64,000 bases of DNA from an uncultured Candidatus Saccharibacteria bacterium (GTDB taxonomy: Bacteria; Patescibacteriota; Minisyncoccia; Minisyncoccales; GWA2-38-27). How positions within the stretch are numbered: position 1 is the first letter of the stretch; every line of letters begins with the position of its first letter. The notes beneath the pieces are model-generated. The model ran no database searches. It worked only from the letters and a program-made list of their open reading frames with translations, and was not told the DNA's origin. Positions 1 to 9,641 of this stretch are shown one piece after another. A program made the translations under genes and the position numbers. Location of the stretch: contig CAYUSS010000001.1 of NCBI GenBank assembly GCA_964447515.1, positions 4,092 through 68,091 on the forward strand. Reading direction: 5' to 3'.

Positions 1-1881
1 AGGTCCTAAAAACATAAAAGAACCTAGGGGCCGATTTTCTTCAGAAATTCCGGCCCGAGAGCGCCGGATAGCATGAGAAATAGCGGAAATTGCCTCTTTT
101 TGGCCAACCACCCGCGAGGAAAGAATTTTCTCCATTTTTTCCAGTTTCCTAGCTTCTCCCTCTATTAATCTGGTTACTGGAATCCCGGTCCATTTTGAAA
201 CAACTTCAGCTACATCTTCTTCCTCTATTTCCTCCTTTAAAATTAAATGCGTTTTCTGAATTCCGGCTAATTTTTTCTCCGCTTTTCGAACTTCTTTCAA
301 AAGTTCAGGGATTTTTCCGTATTTAATTTCAGCAACTTTTTGTAAATCTGCTTCTCTTTGAGCAATTTCGGACTGAAAAGAGAGCTCATCTATTTCTTTT
401 TTAAGATTTCTAATTTTTTGAATTATTTCTTTCTCAGCTTTCCATTTCAATTCAAAAGCTCTAACTTTTTCTTTTAAATCAGCCAAAGAGCGCTCAATAA
501 CTATTAATCTTTTTTTAGTTCCTTTTTCCTTTTTAATTGCTTCTTTCTCAATCTTCAGTTTTTGAATCTCTCTTTTTAATTCATCAAGATAAGCTGGTTC
601 CGATTCAATTTCCAATCTTAAAGCTGACATTGCTTCATCCATTAAGTCCACTGCTTTATCAGGTAGGAAACGGTCAGTAATATAGCGAGAGGAAAGCTCA
701 GCCGCTGCTACTAAAGCCGAATCCTTTATTCTAAGGCCGTGGTGAACTTCGTATTTCTCTTTAATCCCTCTTAAAATAGCAATAGTATCTTCAATTGAGG
801 GCTCCTGGACATAAATTGGCTGAAACCTTCTTTCCAGGGCAGCGTCTCTTTCAACATACTTTTGATATTCTTTTAAAGTAGTCGCTCCTATTGCCTTTAA
901 TTCTCCTTTGGCTAAAGCTGGTTTTAAAAGATTTGAAGCATCAATCGCCCCTTCAGCCCCGCCTGCTCCCACTAAGGTATGAAGTTCGTCAATAAAAATA
1001 ATATATCTGCCGGCTGCCCGATTTATTTCTCTGAGCAAGGCCTTAACCCGGTCTTCAAATTCCCCTCTATATTTTGTTCCAGCAACCAATGCCCCTAAAT
1101 CTAAAGCAATAATTTCTTTTTCTTTTAAACTTTCTGGAACATTAGCTTTAACAATTCTTTGAGCCAGTCCTTCCACTATAGCTGTCTTTCCCACCCCTGC
1201 TTCTCCGATCAAAACCGGATTGTTTTTTGTTCTTCGGGAAAGAACCTGCATTAACCGACGAATTTCATTTTCCCGGCCAATAACAGGATCAAGCTTTCCC
1301 TGACGAGCCAAAGAAGTTAAATTCCGAGCATATTTTTCTATAACCTGATACTTTGATTCTGGTTGAGGGTCAGTAATCCTTGTCCCACCTCGAATTTGGG
1401 ATAAGGTTTTCAAAACTACATCATAATTTAATTTATCAAATTTCAAAGCAGCGCCTTCCTTAGTGGGCTGGCCAGGTTTTAAAAAAGTAGTTTTATCTAA
1501 AATCTCTTTTGCCTTGGTTTCAGAACCAAGCAAGGCTAAAAATAAATGTTCTACTGAAATAAACTCATCTCCCATCTTCATCGCCTCTTGCCGGGCTCTT
1601 TCCAAAACTCTGGCCATATCCTGAGTTAAATAAAACTGTCCAAAAGTTTGAGGAGTAACAATCGTAGAAATTTTATTCAAAGCTGCCTTGGTTCTCTTTT
1701 TTAAATTTTCTATATCTGCGCCCAATTTTTGGAGCAAAGTCAAAACAACACTTCCTTCTTGAGAAAGTAAAACGGTGAGTAAATGCAAAGCATCAACCTG
1801 CTGTTGGCCTCTTTCTTGAGCAACAGACTGAGCGCCCAATATAGCTTCCTGCCCCTTATGAGTAAAATTAGCCCCATTCAT
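1..1881 (-). CDS. clpB: ClpB/ClpC-family AAA+ chaperone (5' part; runs off window start)
   Basis: Manual translation from ATG at 1881 ([13 protein letters not shown]). Contains [15 protein letters not shown], Walker [30 protein letters not shown], a long coiled-coil M domain and second NBD GPSGAGIS-region start FLGP. Confidence 0.9.
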   Translation of the reverse strand, partial: MNGANFTHKGQEAILGAQSVAQERGQQQVDALHLLTVLLSQEGSVVLTLLQKLGADIENLKKRTKAALNKISTIVTPQTFGQFYLTQDMARVLERARQEAMKMGDEFISVEHLFLALLGSETKAKEILDKTTFLKPGQPTKEGAALKFDKLNYDVVLKTLSQIRGGTRITDPQPESKYQVIEKYARNLTSLARQGKLDPVIGRENEIRRLMQVLSRRTKNNPVLIGEAGVGKTAIVEGLAQRIVKANVPESLKEKEIIALDLGALVAGTKYRGEFEDRVKALLREINRAAGRYIIFIDELHTLVGAGGAEGAIDASNLLKPALAKGELKAIGATTLKEYQKYVERDAALERRFQPIYVQEPSIEDTIAILRGIKEKYEVHHGLRIKDSALVAAAELSSRYITDRFLPDKAVDLMDEAMSALRLEIESEPAYLDELKREIQKLKIEKEAIKKEKGTKKRLIVIERSLADLKEKVRAFELKWKAEKEIIQKIRNLKKEIDELSFQSEIAQREADLQKVAEIKYGKIPELLKEVRKAEKKLAGIQKTHLILKEEIEEEDVAEVVSKWTGIPVTRLIEGEARKLEKMEKILSSRVVGQKEAISAISHAIRRSRAGISEENRPLGSFMFLGP

Positions 1882-1979
1882 GCTTTCTTTTTAACAAAAA
1901 ACTTTTAAAGAGTCAAGACAGACAGAATAAAAATCAAGAAAAAAAGCCTACTCGGTAATAAAATACCTTTCGGCTCTTG

Positions 1980-2059
1980 ACCCCGTAGAAGAATTTCGAC
2001 AAAGGTTTTCTTTCAGAAAACCTCGTATCGCAAGGCGAGTCGAAATTTCTCTACGGGGT
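1980..2059. repeat. Palindromic repeat family R1 (ACCCCGTAGA...TCTACGGGGT ends)
   Basis: The same terminal inverted repeats occur at 4768-4801, 12174-12257, 48193-48281, 48814-48847 and 62139-62218. Confidence 0.85.
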
Positions 2060-2075
2060 TGAAGACGAGCTAAGC

Positions 2076-2234
2076 TCACAGCTTCTTTCTCGTCTCCCTG
2101 AGCTGGTACTCGGCTACTCTGAGCTTCATCTGTTTCGGGGTTTCTGGTCCCCGAAGCAGAGAATAAACAAAGAGCAAACTGAGCATACCCCAATACATGC
2201 CAATGCATTTTGCCAATTCCGTTGTCAGGTTCAT
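2076..2234 (-). CDS. Small single-TM hypothetical protein, 52 aa (MNLTTELAKCIGMYWGMLSLLFVYSLLRGPETPKQMKLRVAEYQLRETRKKL)
   Basis: Purine-rich SD-type leader (GAAGGAGGAAAGAAAGGAAAG) before ATG 2234; hydrophobic stretch followed by a basic tail; too short for the ORF track. Confidence 0.6.
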   Translation of the reverse strand: MNLTTELAKCIGMYWGMLSLLFVYSLLRGPETPKQMKLRVAEYQLRETRKKL

Positions 2235-2276
2235 CTTTCCTTTCTTTCCTCCTTCTTTAAAAATTGCTTTTCTGTT

Positions 2277-2693
2277 CTACCTCCTCGATCTCTCCTCAGA
2301 AGTCAACTCTGCCTTCTGTTGACGTTCCGAATCAACAGGATTGCGAACTTCTTCGGGTGTTCTAAGACCAGTACCTCCTACCACGTTGGCGCCGCCGGTT
2401 TTGCAGTAGTCGTCAATAACCCCAAAGGCAGTGTTGCATGCCCTGAAGTCAAAACCTGAACCATATTTTTTTGCCAATTGACGACCGAATTCCCGTGTCT
2501 GGACCTTTCCCTTTCGCAGAAGCTCTGCCAGAACCTCAATCTTGCAAAGAATCCCCTGCTTTTGTTCCGGAGCCAGAAAAACTACATCCTTGTGCATTGC
2601 TCTTTGTCGGTATTCCGCGAGCTTGTCTTCAAGCTGCTTCCTTCGTGTCTCATCTTCTAGAAGCACAATAACCGGTGATTTTTTAGCTTTCAT
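2277..2693 (-). CDS. Hypothetical protein (~138 aa)
   Basis: ORF track 2277-2717; strong SD GAAGGAAGGAGAG favours ATG 2693; own promoter upstream. Confidence 0.7.
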   Translation of the reverse strand: MKAKKSPVIVLLEDETRRKQLEDKLAEYRQRAMHKDVVFLAPEQKQGILCKIEVLAELLRKGKVQTREFGRQLAKKYGSGFDFRACNTAFGVIDDYCKTGGANVVGGTGLRTPEEVRNPVDSERQQKAELTSEERSRR

Positions 2694-2784
2694 CTTTTCT
2701 CTCCTTCCTTCTTTCAATTTTTGAAGTTGTCAAACTTATTTCTACCGGATTACCAGCAGGTCGTAGCTCTTTTACAACATTTAT

Positions 2785-2813
2785 ATATTAGCAAATATTT
2801 ACAAATTTGTCAA
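2785..2813 (-). promoter_or_regulatory. Sigma70-like promoter TTGACA-17-TAATAT with extended -10 TG
   Basis: Minus strand reads gacTTGACAaatttgtaaatattTGcTAATAT. Confidence 0.6.
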
Positions 2814-2880
2814 GTCCTTTGTAATGGTTTAATGACTTGGAAACACTTTAGGATATAATAGATTTTTTCCACAGAAAACT

Positions 2881-4290
2881 TTACTCGCTTCTCTGGTCTA
2901 GGGTTGCTTGAATAATTTTTTCTTGACCTTCTCTCAAAATCTTCAAAACCACTTCATCTCCTGGATTATACTTCATAATAATCTTTGCTAAAGAATTTTC
3001 AACAGTAATTTTTTCATTATTAAATTCCAAAATTATATCTCCTTCTTTTAGGCCGGCTTTTTCAGCAGCCGAACCCGGCGTGATAGCTGGCTCTCCTTCT
3101 CCGCTAATAATTAAGGCTCCGTAATCTACGGTTAAATCATTTTCCTCTTTAACCTTTTCATTAATAAGAACATAGCGAATTCCTAAAAAAGGATAAACAA
3201 TTTTACCTAAAGTTTTAATTTGCTCAATATCTTTTTTCGCTTTATTAATTGGGATGGCAAAACCAATACTTTGAGCTTCCAAAGCCATAGCAGTATTTAT
3301 CCCAACTACCTCGCCCCTTATATTTAAAAGAGGACCGCCAGAATTCCCCTTGTTAATTGCGGCATCAGTTTGAATAACATCTTCAATAACTTCAACGAAT
3401 CCACTGCCGTCTGAAGCTGTAATCTTTCTTCCTAATCCAGAAATTACTCCAACCGAAACCGTATTCCGAAACTCTCCTAAGGCATTACCAATAGCAATCA
3501 CTGTCTGACCCATCTCTAATTTATCTGAATCGCCGAGTTTTACCACCGGAAATGTTTCCAGAAGAACTTCTCCTTCGTCGTTTATTTTCTTTTCCTGCTC
3601 AATCTTCAATAAAGCTAAATCTTGAACCGGGTCTTTGGCTAAAACTTTTGCTGGAAACTTTTTTCCATCATTGGTAAAAACCGTATATTCGGCGTCTTCC
3701 TCTAAAACTACATGTTTGTTGGTTAAAATCATCCCATTTTCTGAAATAATAAAACCAGTCCCTCCTCCAATCTGCTTTTTTTCTGTGCCTTTTTGGCGGT
3801 ATTGGGGAACTTCAAATTCAAAAGGACCGGGTCCGAAAAATTCCTCAAATTCTTTAAAGGGCTCATAATAATATTCTTCAAAAATCGGTAGGTCTTTGGA
3901 AATAATAATACTCACTACTGCCGGTGAAATTTCTTTTACTGTTTTAATAACTGCCTCTTCTTGAGATGCCTGAGGGAGATATTCTTTGCTAACAATCTCT
4001 TTTTCAATTACCGAGGGCAATTTAATATTAAGTTTGGCCAGACCATCTTTAATCTGTAAATAAAAATAGGCTCCAGAAATACTTCCGGCTAAAAAACCAA
4101 AAACAGAAGCAACAATAATTACTAAAATAATCAGCCGAAAAAGTTTTTTTCTCTCCTTAGCCCGCACCTTTTGAAAAAATGTGCGCGGTTTAGAAATTCC
4201 TAAAAAATTTTTAACTTTATTCCCGCTACTAATAAGTTTTCGGCGCTGAGATTCAGGTAATTTATTTTCTGGTGATTCGTATAAACTCAT
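2881..4290 (-). CDS. htrA: HtrA/DegP serine protease with PDZ domain and N-terminal TM
   Basis: GTGFII, TNKHVV, QTDAAINKGNSGGPL, C-terminal PDZ (GSAAEKAGLKEGDII). Confidence 0.92.
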   Translation of the reverse strand: MSLYESPENKLPESQRRKLISSGNKVKNFLGISKPRTFFQKVRAKERKKLFRLIILVIIVASVFGFLAGSISGAYFYLQIKDGLAKLNIKLPSVIEKEIVSKEYLPQASQEEAVIKTVKEISPAVVSIIISKDLPIFEEYYYEPFKEFEEFFGPGPFEFEVPQYRQKGTEKKQIGGGTGFIISENGMILTNKHVVLEEDAEYTVFTNDGKKFPAKVLAKDPVQDLALLKIEQEKKINDEGEVLLETFPVVKLGDSDKLEMGQTVIAIGNALGEFRNTVSVGVISGLGRKITASDGSGFVEVIEDVIQTDAAINKGNSGGPLLNIRGEVVGINTAMALEAQSIGFAIPINKAKKDIEQIKTLGKIVYPFLGIRYVLINEKVKEENDLTVDYGALIISGEGEPAITPGSAAEKAGLKEGDIILEFNNEKITVENSLAKIIMKYNPGDEVVLKILREGQEKIIQATLDQRSE

Positions 4291-4343
4291 AATAATATAT
4301 TATATTCTATTTTTTTTCTTCTTACAATAGAATTATAAATTAT

Positions 4344-4409
4344 ATAATCGCGGCATTCGGTCAAAGAAAAAAAGTAAACTTTTTTTCTTTTCCCTCACTT
4401 GCGATTATA
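4344..4409. repeat. Repeat module B (ATAATYGC...CGGT-hairpin-TCCCTCACTTGCRATTAT), empty copy
   Basis: Related to 18744-18806, 27726-27954 and 38410-38490; overlaps the stop codon of the GT2 gene. Confidence 0.7.
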
Positions 4410-5135
4410 ATGATCAAATTTGTATTTAAAAATATCTGATTTAACCGGTCCCAGAAAAAGCATATAGAGTCCGGCAAAAATATATTTTAGATAGGTTTTT
4501 AATCTTCCGTCTTCTTCTAATCTTCTTGAAGAAATTAAAATAGGTCTTGTTCTCAAAAAGCCGTATTTGCCAAATCCTCTGGCTTTGCGAGCATAAAAAT
4601 GATCTTCTGCTATTTTTATTTCTTCGTCAAAGCCTTTAACAAGCTGATGAATTTCTTTTTTAACCAATATCACTTCGCTGGCATGGGCTAAGAAATTTTG
4701 GCTCAATTTTGCCCAAAAATTGTAAAGCCCATAAGCGATTTTATCTATTATTTTCACTTGGGGACAAACCCTATTAGAAAACCTTGGATTTCTAACCGGG
4801 TAAATTGGGAAAGAAACAATATCTAAATTTCGATTCTTAAATTCTTCCAAAATTTTATCTAAAAATTGAGGCGGCAAAGAAATTATATCGGCGTCTATAA
4901 ATAAAAAAATGCTGCCTTTGGCAATTTTTGCGCCTTGATTTCTTCCTTTAGCCGGCAGACCGCCGGAAGTAATTCTGGAGCCATAACTCTTAGCAATCTC
5001 AATTGTTCTGTCTTTTGAACCGGCATCAGCAATAATTATTTCATAATCCCTAAAATCCTGCTTTTTAATTGACTCCAATAATAAAGAAAGATAATCTTCC
5101 TCATTTAAAGTTGGGATAATAATACTTAAATGCAT
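4395..5135 (-). CDS. Glycosyltransferase family 2
   Basis: SIIIPTLNEE, DAGSKD, FIDAD, GFDE..AED motifs. Confidence 0.9.
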   Translation of the reverse strand: MHLSIIIPTLNEEDYLSLLLESIKKQDFRDYEIIIADAGSKDRTIEIAKSYGSRITSGGLPAKGRNQGAKIAKGSIFLFIDADIISLPPQFLDKILEEFKNRNLDIVSFPIYPVRNPRFSNRVCPQVKIIDKIAYGLYNFWAKLSQNFLAHASEVILVKKEIHQLVKGFDEEIKIAEDHFYARKARGFGKYGFLRTRPILISSRRLEEDGRLKTYLKYIFAGLYMLFLGPVKSDIFKYKFDHYNRK

Positions 5136-5149
5136 TATATTTTATTGTT

Positions 5150-5761
5150 TTAACACTTTTTTAAGATAAATAATACTTGGTGGCTAAATCTATTTTTAAA
5201 AATTATTTTAAGTTGAAAATCTTCAAATATCTTTTCCCATTCAGAAACTCTTTTAAAATTAAAGGGCATTTTTTCTCCAAATGGTCTAACCAAAAAGCCG
5301 GGCAAATTGGTTAGAACATCCCAAAAATAAAGAAAAAATTTATCAAAATAGGATGAAAATACATCTTCAAAAATAATTATTCTATCTTTAGTTACCCGTT
5401 CTGCCTCTTCTAAAACCTTCAAGGGATTTTTTGTATGATGCAAAACATAAATCAAAAGAACCGCATCAAAAGTATTATCTGAAAAAGGTATTTTTTCTCC
5501 ATCATAGAGAACAAGTCTTAAATTAGTTTGATTAAAGTCGGTTACATCTAAGAGAGCAACTTCATTATTTTTCCTTTTCTGAATTTCTTCAGCAATCCAG
5601 CCAGCACCGGCTCCGATATCTAAAACTTTTTCTTCTTTTCTAATAAATTCATCAAAAGAATTGACTATCTTTTCTGTTCTATTTCTGATTATTCTTTCTA
5701 CTAAAAATTTAAAAGGAAAATACCGGTAATATTTATTTTTAATTGATATTTCTTTATCCAT
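5150..5761 (-). CDS. Class I SAM-dependent methyltransferase
   Basis: VLDIGAGAG; PFSDNTFDAV..YVLHH. Confidence 0.88.
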   Translation of the reverse strand: MDKEISIKNKYYRYFPFKFLVERIIRNRTEKIVNSFDEFIRKEEKVLDIGAGAGWIAEEIQKRKNNEVALLDVTDFNQTNLRLVLYDGEKIPFSDNTFDAVLLIYVLHHTKNPLKVLEEAERVTKDRIIIFEDVFSSYFDKFFLYFWDVLTNLPGFLVRPFGEKMPFNFKRVSEWEKIFEDFQLKIIFKNRFSHQVLFILKKC

Positions 5762-5779
5762 AATATCGGGGTCAGACCC

Positions 5780-6778
5780 CTAAAATAACTTCTTTGCTTC
5801 CTGCCAAATTTCCGGCTTGTTTTGTTCGGTTTTCATCCAATACCACCATTCGCTTCCCCAGAGATAAAACTCATCAAAGCCGGTTTTTTTAGCGAATTCA
5901 ATATTTTTTTGAAACCGCTCTAAATTCATTGTCTTCTCTTGTTCTTCTAATGGCGAATCATACAAAAGTTTAGGACCCCAGGGTTCTGCCTGAAGTTCAA
6001 CGCAGATTACTTTTTTGCCAAAAAACTTTTTAATAATTTGGGCTTTCCGCCAATAAAAAATTGATGGATAGGGCAAATAAAAATAAGAGTTAAATTCTGA
6101 AGACCAGACCTTTTTATACATTGTCGTTCCAACTATATCCCCAAGCCTTGCTGCCCGGAGCCACAATGACAATTCTCCGCTATCTGAAATAATAACCGGC
6201 CGAGAATCAAGCGATTTTACCAAATCAATTTCTTTTTTCAAGAATTTTTTATCCCTCCAAGGACATTGTCCAAAAGGGAAAAAGGGCTCATTTTCCACCT
6301 GCCAGGCCCAGATAGAACTTTCAGATTGATACCTCAAAACAATCTCTTCAATTAGTTGTAATATTCTTTTTTGCTGCTCTTCCTTGCTTAAATTCTTTGC
6401 CCAATCCGGAATATGACACTCTGGCCAGCGGCCGGTCTTCATTCCTATCACCAAAAGGAGCTTAACTCCTTTTTTCTCTGCTTCTTTAATTTGCCAATCT
6501 AAATCCTCAAAATTGTATCTCCCATTTTCCTGCTCAATCAAATCCCAATGGCTGGTTATTTTTAGATTTTCCACTTTTAAATCATTAAGCAAAGCTAAAT
6601 AATTCTCTTTCCAATTCAGGCCCAAGTTCTCAGAATGCTGTTGGGAAAAATTAACTCCCCATTTAATTTCTTTTGCTGGCTTAGGCTTACCAACAAAGAA
6701 ATAACCGATAAAAATTAAAAAAATAACTAATAAAATCAAAAAAATCATTTTAATAAATTTTTTAAAATTTAAATTCAT
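5780..6778 (-). CDS. Membrane-anchored glycoside hydrolase (clan GH-A TIM barrel, GH42/GH5-like)
   Basis: N-terminal TM, WDLIE..GRYNFEDLD, WQVENEP acid/base motif, VELQAEPW nucleophile-like motif. Confidence 0.7.
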   Translation of the reverse strand: MNLNFKKFIKMIFLILLVIFLIFIGYFFVGKPKPAKEIKWGVNFSQQHSENLGLNWKENYLALLNDLKVENLKITSHWDLIEQENGRYNFEDLDWQIKEAEKKGVKLLLVIGMKTGRWPECHIPDWAKNLSKEEQQKRILQLIEEIVLRYQSESSIWAWQVENEPFFPFGQCPWRDKKFLKKEIDLVKSLDSRPVIISDSGELSLWLRAARLGDIVGTTMYKKVWSSEFNSYFYLPYPSIFYWRKAQIIKKFFGKKVICVELQAEPWGPKLLYDSPLEEQEKTMNLERFQKNIEFAKKTGFDEFYLWGSEWWYWMKTEQNKPEIWQEAKKLF

Positions 6779-6858
6779 TCTTAAACTAATAATTCTGCGG
6801 AGACCGGGTCTCCGCAGGCTCGGTATTATTTCACTGCTTAAATTGAGGATTTAAATAA

Positions 6859-7818
6859 TTATTTTATCTCGAATAATATCACTCCGTCAAATCGAGGATT
6901 GCCATCTTCGCCAAAATAATAATTAAGAAAATCTACTGTCACAACTTTTTTTTGCGTCGAACTTGCATGAAAAAGAATACTACCGTCAAACAATAATCCT
7001 TCATGCCTAACATCTAATCCAATCTCTTCGTCTCCTTCTTTGATAAAAGCAATACCAATAGCTTCGGGCAACCCGGAAAGAAGTTCTTTGGTAATATATC
7101 CATTAGGAATATATTTCATAACTATTTCTTTTTCCCAATCAATATTTATTAAACGTTCGCCATCTGCCTTAATTTTATTTAAAATTACTTTCTTCTTTTT
7201 TATTCTGCTCGGACCGGCAACCTGTTCGGTAATATCTTGGAAATAAGGCGATGTGATGTTGCGGTCGGTGGTAAAATGTAATCGGTTTTCAAAAGTTATT
7301 TTATATTCTATTTCTCCGGTTTCTAAGCTCTTCTCTGACCGATAATTCAAAAATCTCATCATTTCTCCAGCCTCTTCTAACCTCTGAGAATGGAGCAAAG
7401 CCGCATTAGTTAGCACAAACACAGTACAATCTGTTACATCTAATCTAAAAATAGGATTTTTATCTCTAGCGGATTCTTCACCCAAACAACCGAATTGATA
7501 AGGAGTATCAAGACGCAAAATAGACAAAGCCCTTAGTCTTTCGTCATTATCAGAAAAGCGCCGCTGGACCTCTTTTAGGATTGAATTGACTTCTGTCAGG
7601 GTTAACTGATGTAATTTTTTTTGGTCATAAAGCCATCGTCTATTGGTTTCAGATAGTTCTTCAATTCTTTTTTCTTTCTCTTTTTCGGACGGAACAAAAA
7701 TTTGAGCTTTTTGGATAGTACGAGAACCGTTCTCGGAAATAAAGTTATAAATAATAAAACTTACTGCTAAAATCAAGACAAAAACTAAGAAAATTATTGC
7801 TAAAATCTTCCCTAACAT
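6859..7818 (-). CDS. DUF1460 (NlpC/P60-like N-acetylmuramoyl-L-alanine amidase-like) protein
   Basis: TPY..GCLGE, DCTVFV catalytic Cys, RLHF, HEGL, FHASS; N-terminal TM. Confidence 0.75.
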   Translation of the reverse strand: MLGKILAIIFLVFVLILAVSFIIYNFISENGSRTIQKAQIFVPSEKEKEKRIEELSETNRRWLYDQKKLHQLTLTEVNSILKEVQRRFSDNDERLRALSILRLDTPYQFGCLGEESARDKNPIFRLDVTDCTVFVLTNAALLHSQRLEEAGEMMRFLNYRSEKSLETGEIEYKITFENRLHFTTDRNITSPYFQDITEQVAGPSRIKKKKVILNKIKADGERLINIDWEKEIVMKYIPNGYITKELLSGLPEAIGIAFIKEGDEEIGLDVRHEGLLFDGSILFHASSTQKKVVTVDFLNYYFGEDGNPRFDGVILFEIK

Positions 7819-9104
7819 ATTTTTTGAATATTATAGACGCCTAAATTTTCCACCTCTACAAATCCCTGCATTGCCGCCTCAGCAAACCGGCCGCTGGCCA
7901 AAAAATCAAAAAGCCACTGGTCTGCGTAGTTCGGATTTTCTTGTAAAACCCCGGCACCTAAACTCAGAAGCCACTTTCTATTAAAATCTTCCTGAGAACC
8001 TATTGAAGGGGCAATAATAATGGGCAGGCCTAAACCAGTATAAAAAGAAAGTTCGCTTGGTTTAGTCCACAAAATATCGGTTTTTCTCAGTTTCTGATTA
8101 AATTCTTCAAAATAATCCTCTATATTTTTAGAAAAAATTATTTCAATATTTTTATCTAAATTTTCTTCAAGGCCAAGTTTTTTTATATTCTCAACAAAAT
8201 ACTCTTTAACGGTTTCTCTGATACCGGCAGATAAAATTATTTTAATCTTTCCTGACTTAATTTTTTCAGCTAAACTTTTAACAAATTTCATTGCCAGCTC
8301 TTTTTGGGCTCCTGCTCCTCCAATAGAAAACATCATTGTTAAAGGATGGTCTGACTTTTCTGGCAAGGAACCGATATATTTATCAATCAAAGGTTTATAT
8401 CTTCGGCGATATTTCCCGGTAGCATCTAAATTTAAAATTCGGTAACCCAAATCGCTTTTCAAGATTTCTTTTTCCTCTGTCCCAATATTTTTTAAAGGCA
8501 AAGGATACCCGGTCAAAAAAATATTTTCTTTTTTTACTCCGTAAAGCTTTAATCTTTCAACCACCCAAGAATTAGGAGCGAAATACTTGATTTTACTTTC
8601 TGAAGGGTTTAAGGGAACCCAGCTTCTGGCAATGTCAGCGTCACAAATAACGCAAAAAATCTCTCCCGGATAATTAAAAACCTCAGCCATAAAAGCCGGA
8701 ATGAAAAAGGTAGTAATTATATCGGGTGGTGGGTGGGTTGTAGTCTTCAATTTTAAAATTAAATCCCTGCCCCATCCGTTTTTAATCGTAGAAAAGATTC
8801 TTTTTAAACTAAAGGCCGGCTTGGACAAATCTCTTTGGGGATAAAAAGTAGGAATCTTCTGAAATTTATCATAAAGGGAAAAAACTATATTGCCAATTAA
8901 AGGAGTCCTCCTAAATCTTGAAATAAATTCGTAAAATCTTCTGGACGATTCCCAGATTTTTCTATCTGTTTCAGGAATTCCTTGATAACTGTTGGCATTA
9001 ATAATTTTGTCTTGAAAGGCAAATCGTTTTAAGGGATAGGCAGTCCTCTGATGGCCATAACCCATATTAACTGCCACAACCCATGCTTTTTTCCCATTGT
9101 TCAT
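7812..9104 (-). CDS. GT-B fold glycosyltransferase-like protein (MGDG synthase-like)
   Basis: MGYGHQR N-terminus, IGGAG, TKPSELSF..GLPIII...GSQE. Confidence 0.65.
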   Translation of the reverse strand: MNNGKKAWVVAVNMGYGHQRTAYPLKRFAFQDKIINANSYQGIPETDRKIWESSRRFYEFISRFRRTPLIGNIVFSLYDKFQKIPTFYPQRDLSKPAFSLKRIFSTIKNGWGRDLILKLKTTTHPPPDIITTFFIPAFMAEVFNYPGEIFCVICDADIARSWVPLNPSESKIKYFAPNSWVVERLKLYGVKKENIFLTGYPLPLKNIGTEEKEILKSDLGYRILNLDATGKYRRRYKPLIDKYIGSLPEKSDHPLTMMFSIGGAGAQKELAMKFVKSLAEKIKSGKIKIILSAGIRETVKEYFVENIKKLGLEENLDKNIEIIFSKNIEDYFEEFNQKLRKTDILWTKPSELSFYTGLGLPIIIAPSIGSQEDFNRKWLLSLGAGVLQENPNYADQWLFDFLASGRFAEAAMQGFVEVENLGVYNIQKIC

Positions 9105-9208
9105 GTTCTCTTATTATACCCTAATAATCCGAAAACTTTAATATTTTCTTGTAATAAAAAGCCAGAGGTTTTTTCTGGTCTTTTATGAAACTTTTATGAA
9201 TTAAGAAC

Positions 9209-9424
9209 CTACTCGCTAACGCTCGAGAATCTTTTTAGCAAATCTATGACGGCATTATAGGTTTCGTCAATTTTTGCCTTAACTGTAGCTCGTTCTTCTT
9301 TGGCCCCTTTAAAACCAACTAAAATATTGGTTTTATTAACCCCCACATCTATTTTCTTCTTTTCAATACTTTCTTCAACTCTATCAAATCTCTCATCTAA
9401 ATATTTTATTAGCTCTTCATTCAT
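9209..9424 (-). CDS. Small coiled-coil hypothetical protein; C-terminus RFSSVSE* derives from repeat module A
   Basis: ORF track; heptad pattern; the stop lies in AGATTCTCGAGCGTTAGCGAGTAGGTTCTTA. Confidence 0.55.
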   Translation of the reverse strand: MNEELIKYLDERFDRVEESIEKKKIDVGVNKTNILVGFKGAKEERATVKAKIDETYNAVIDLLKRFSSVSE

Positions 9425-9602
9425 TTTTTTGTAGATATTTTTTAATGGATTTCAAAAATTTTACACCGGTCACACTTTATTATTTCCATATTTCTATCTT
9501 TATTTTAAGACTAAATGATTATACATTAGCGAAACAAGATTCTGAGATGCGAAGTGAGGCAGGTTCTTATTTTAATCTCTCTGCAATCCTTGTCAAATTT
9601 TT

Positions 9603-9640
9603 TGTTTAAGGTCGGGTGTTCAAGGTCGGGTCTTGAACAT
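9603..9640. repeat. Repeat family R3 (TGTTCAAGGTCGGGTGTTCAAGGTCGGGTCTTGAACA type)
   Basis: Nearly identical copy at 31597-31634; variants at 22471-22509, 23020-23055 and 52387-52410. Confidence 0.85.
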
Positions 9641-9641
9641 T

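Noticed and set aside
1948-2208. 86-aa ORF from the track
   Set aside because: Runs through repeat R1 and lacks an SD; the alternative frame 2076-2234 has a strong SD and a sensible TM protein.
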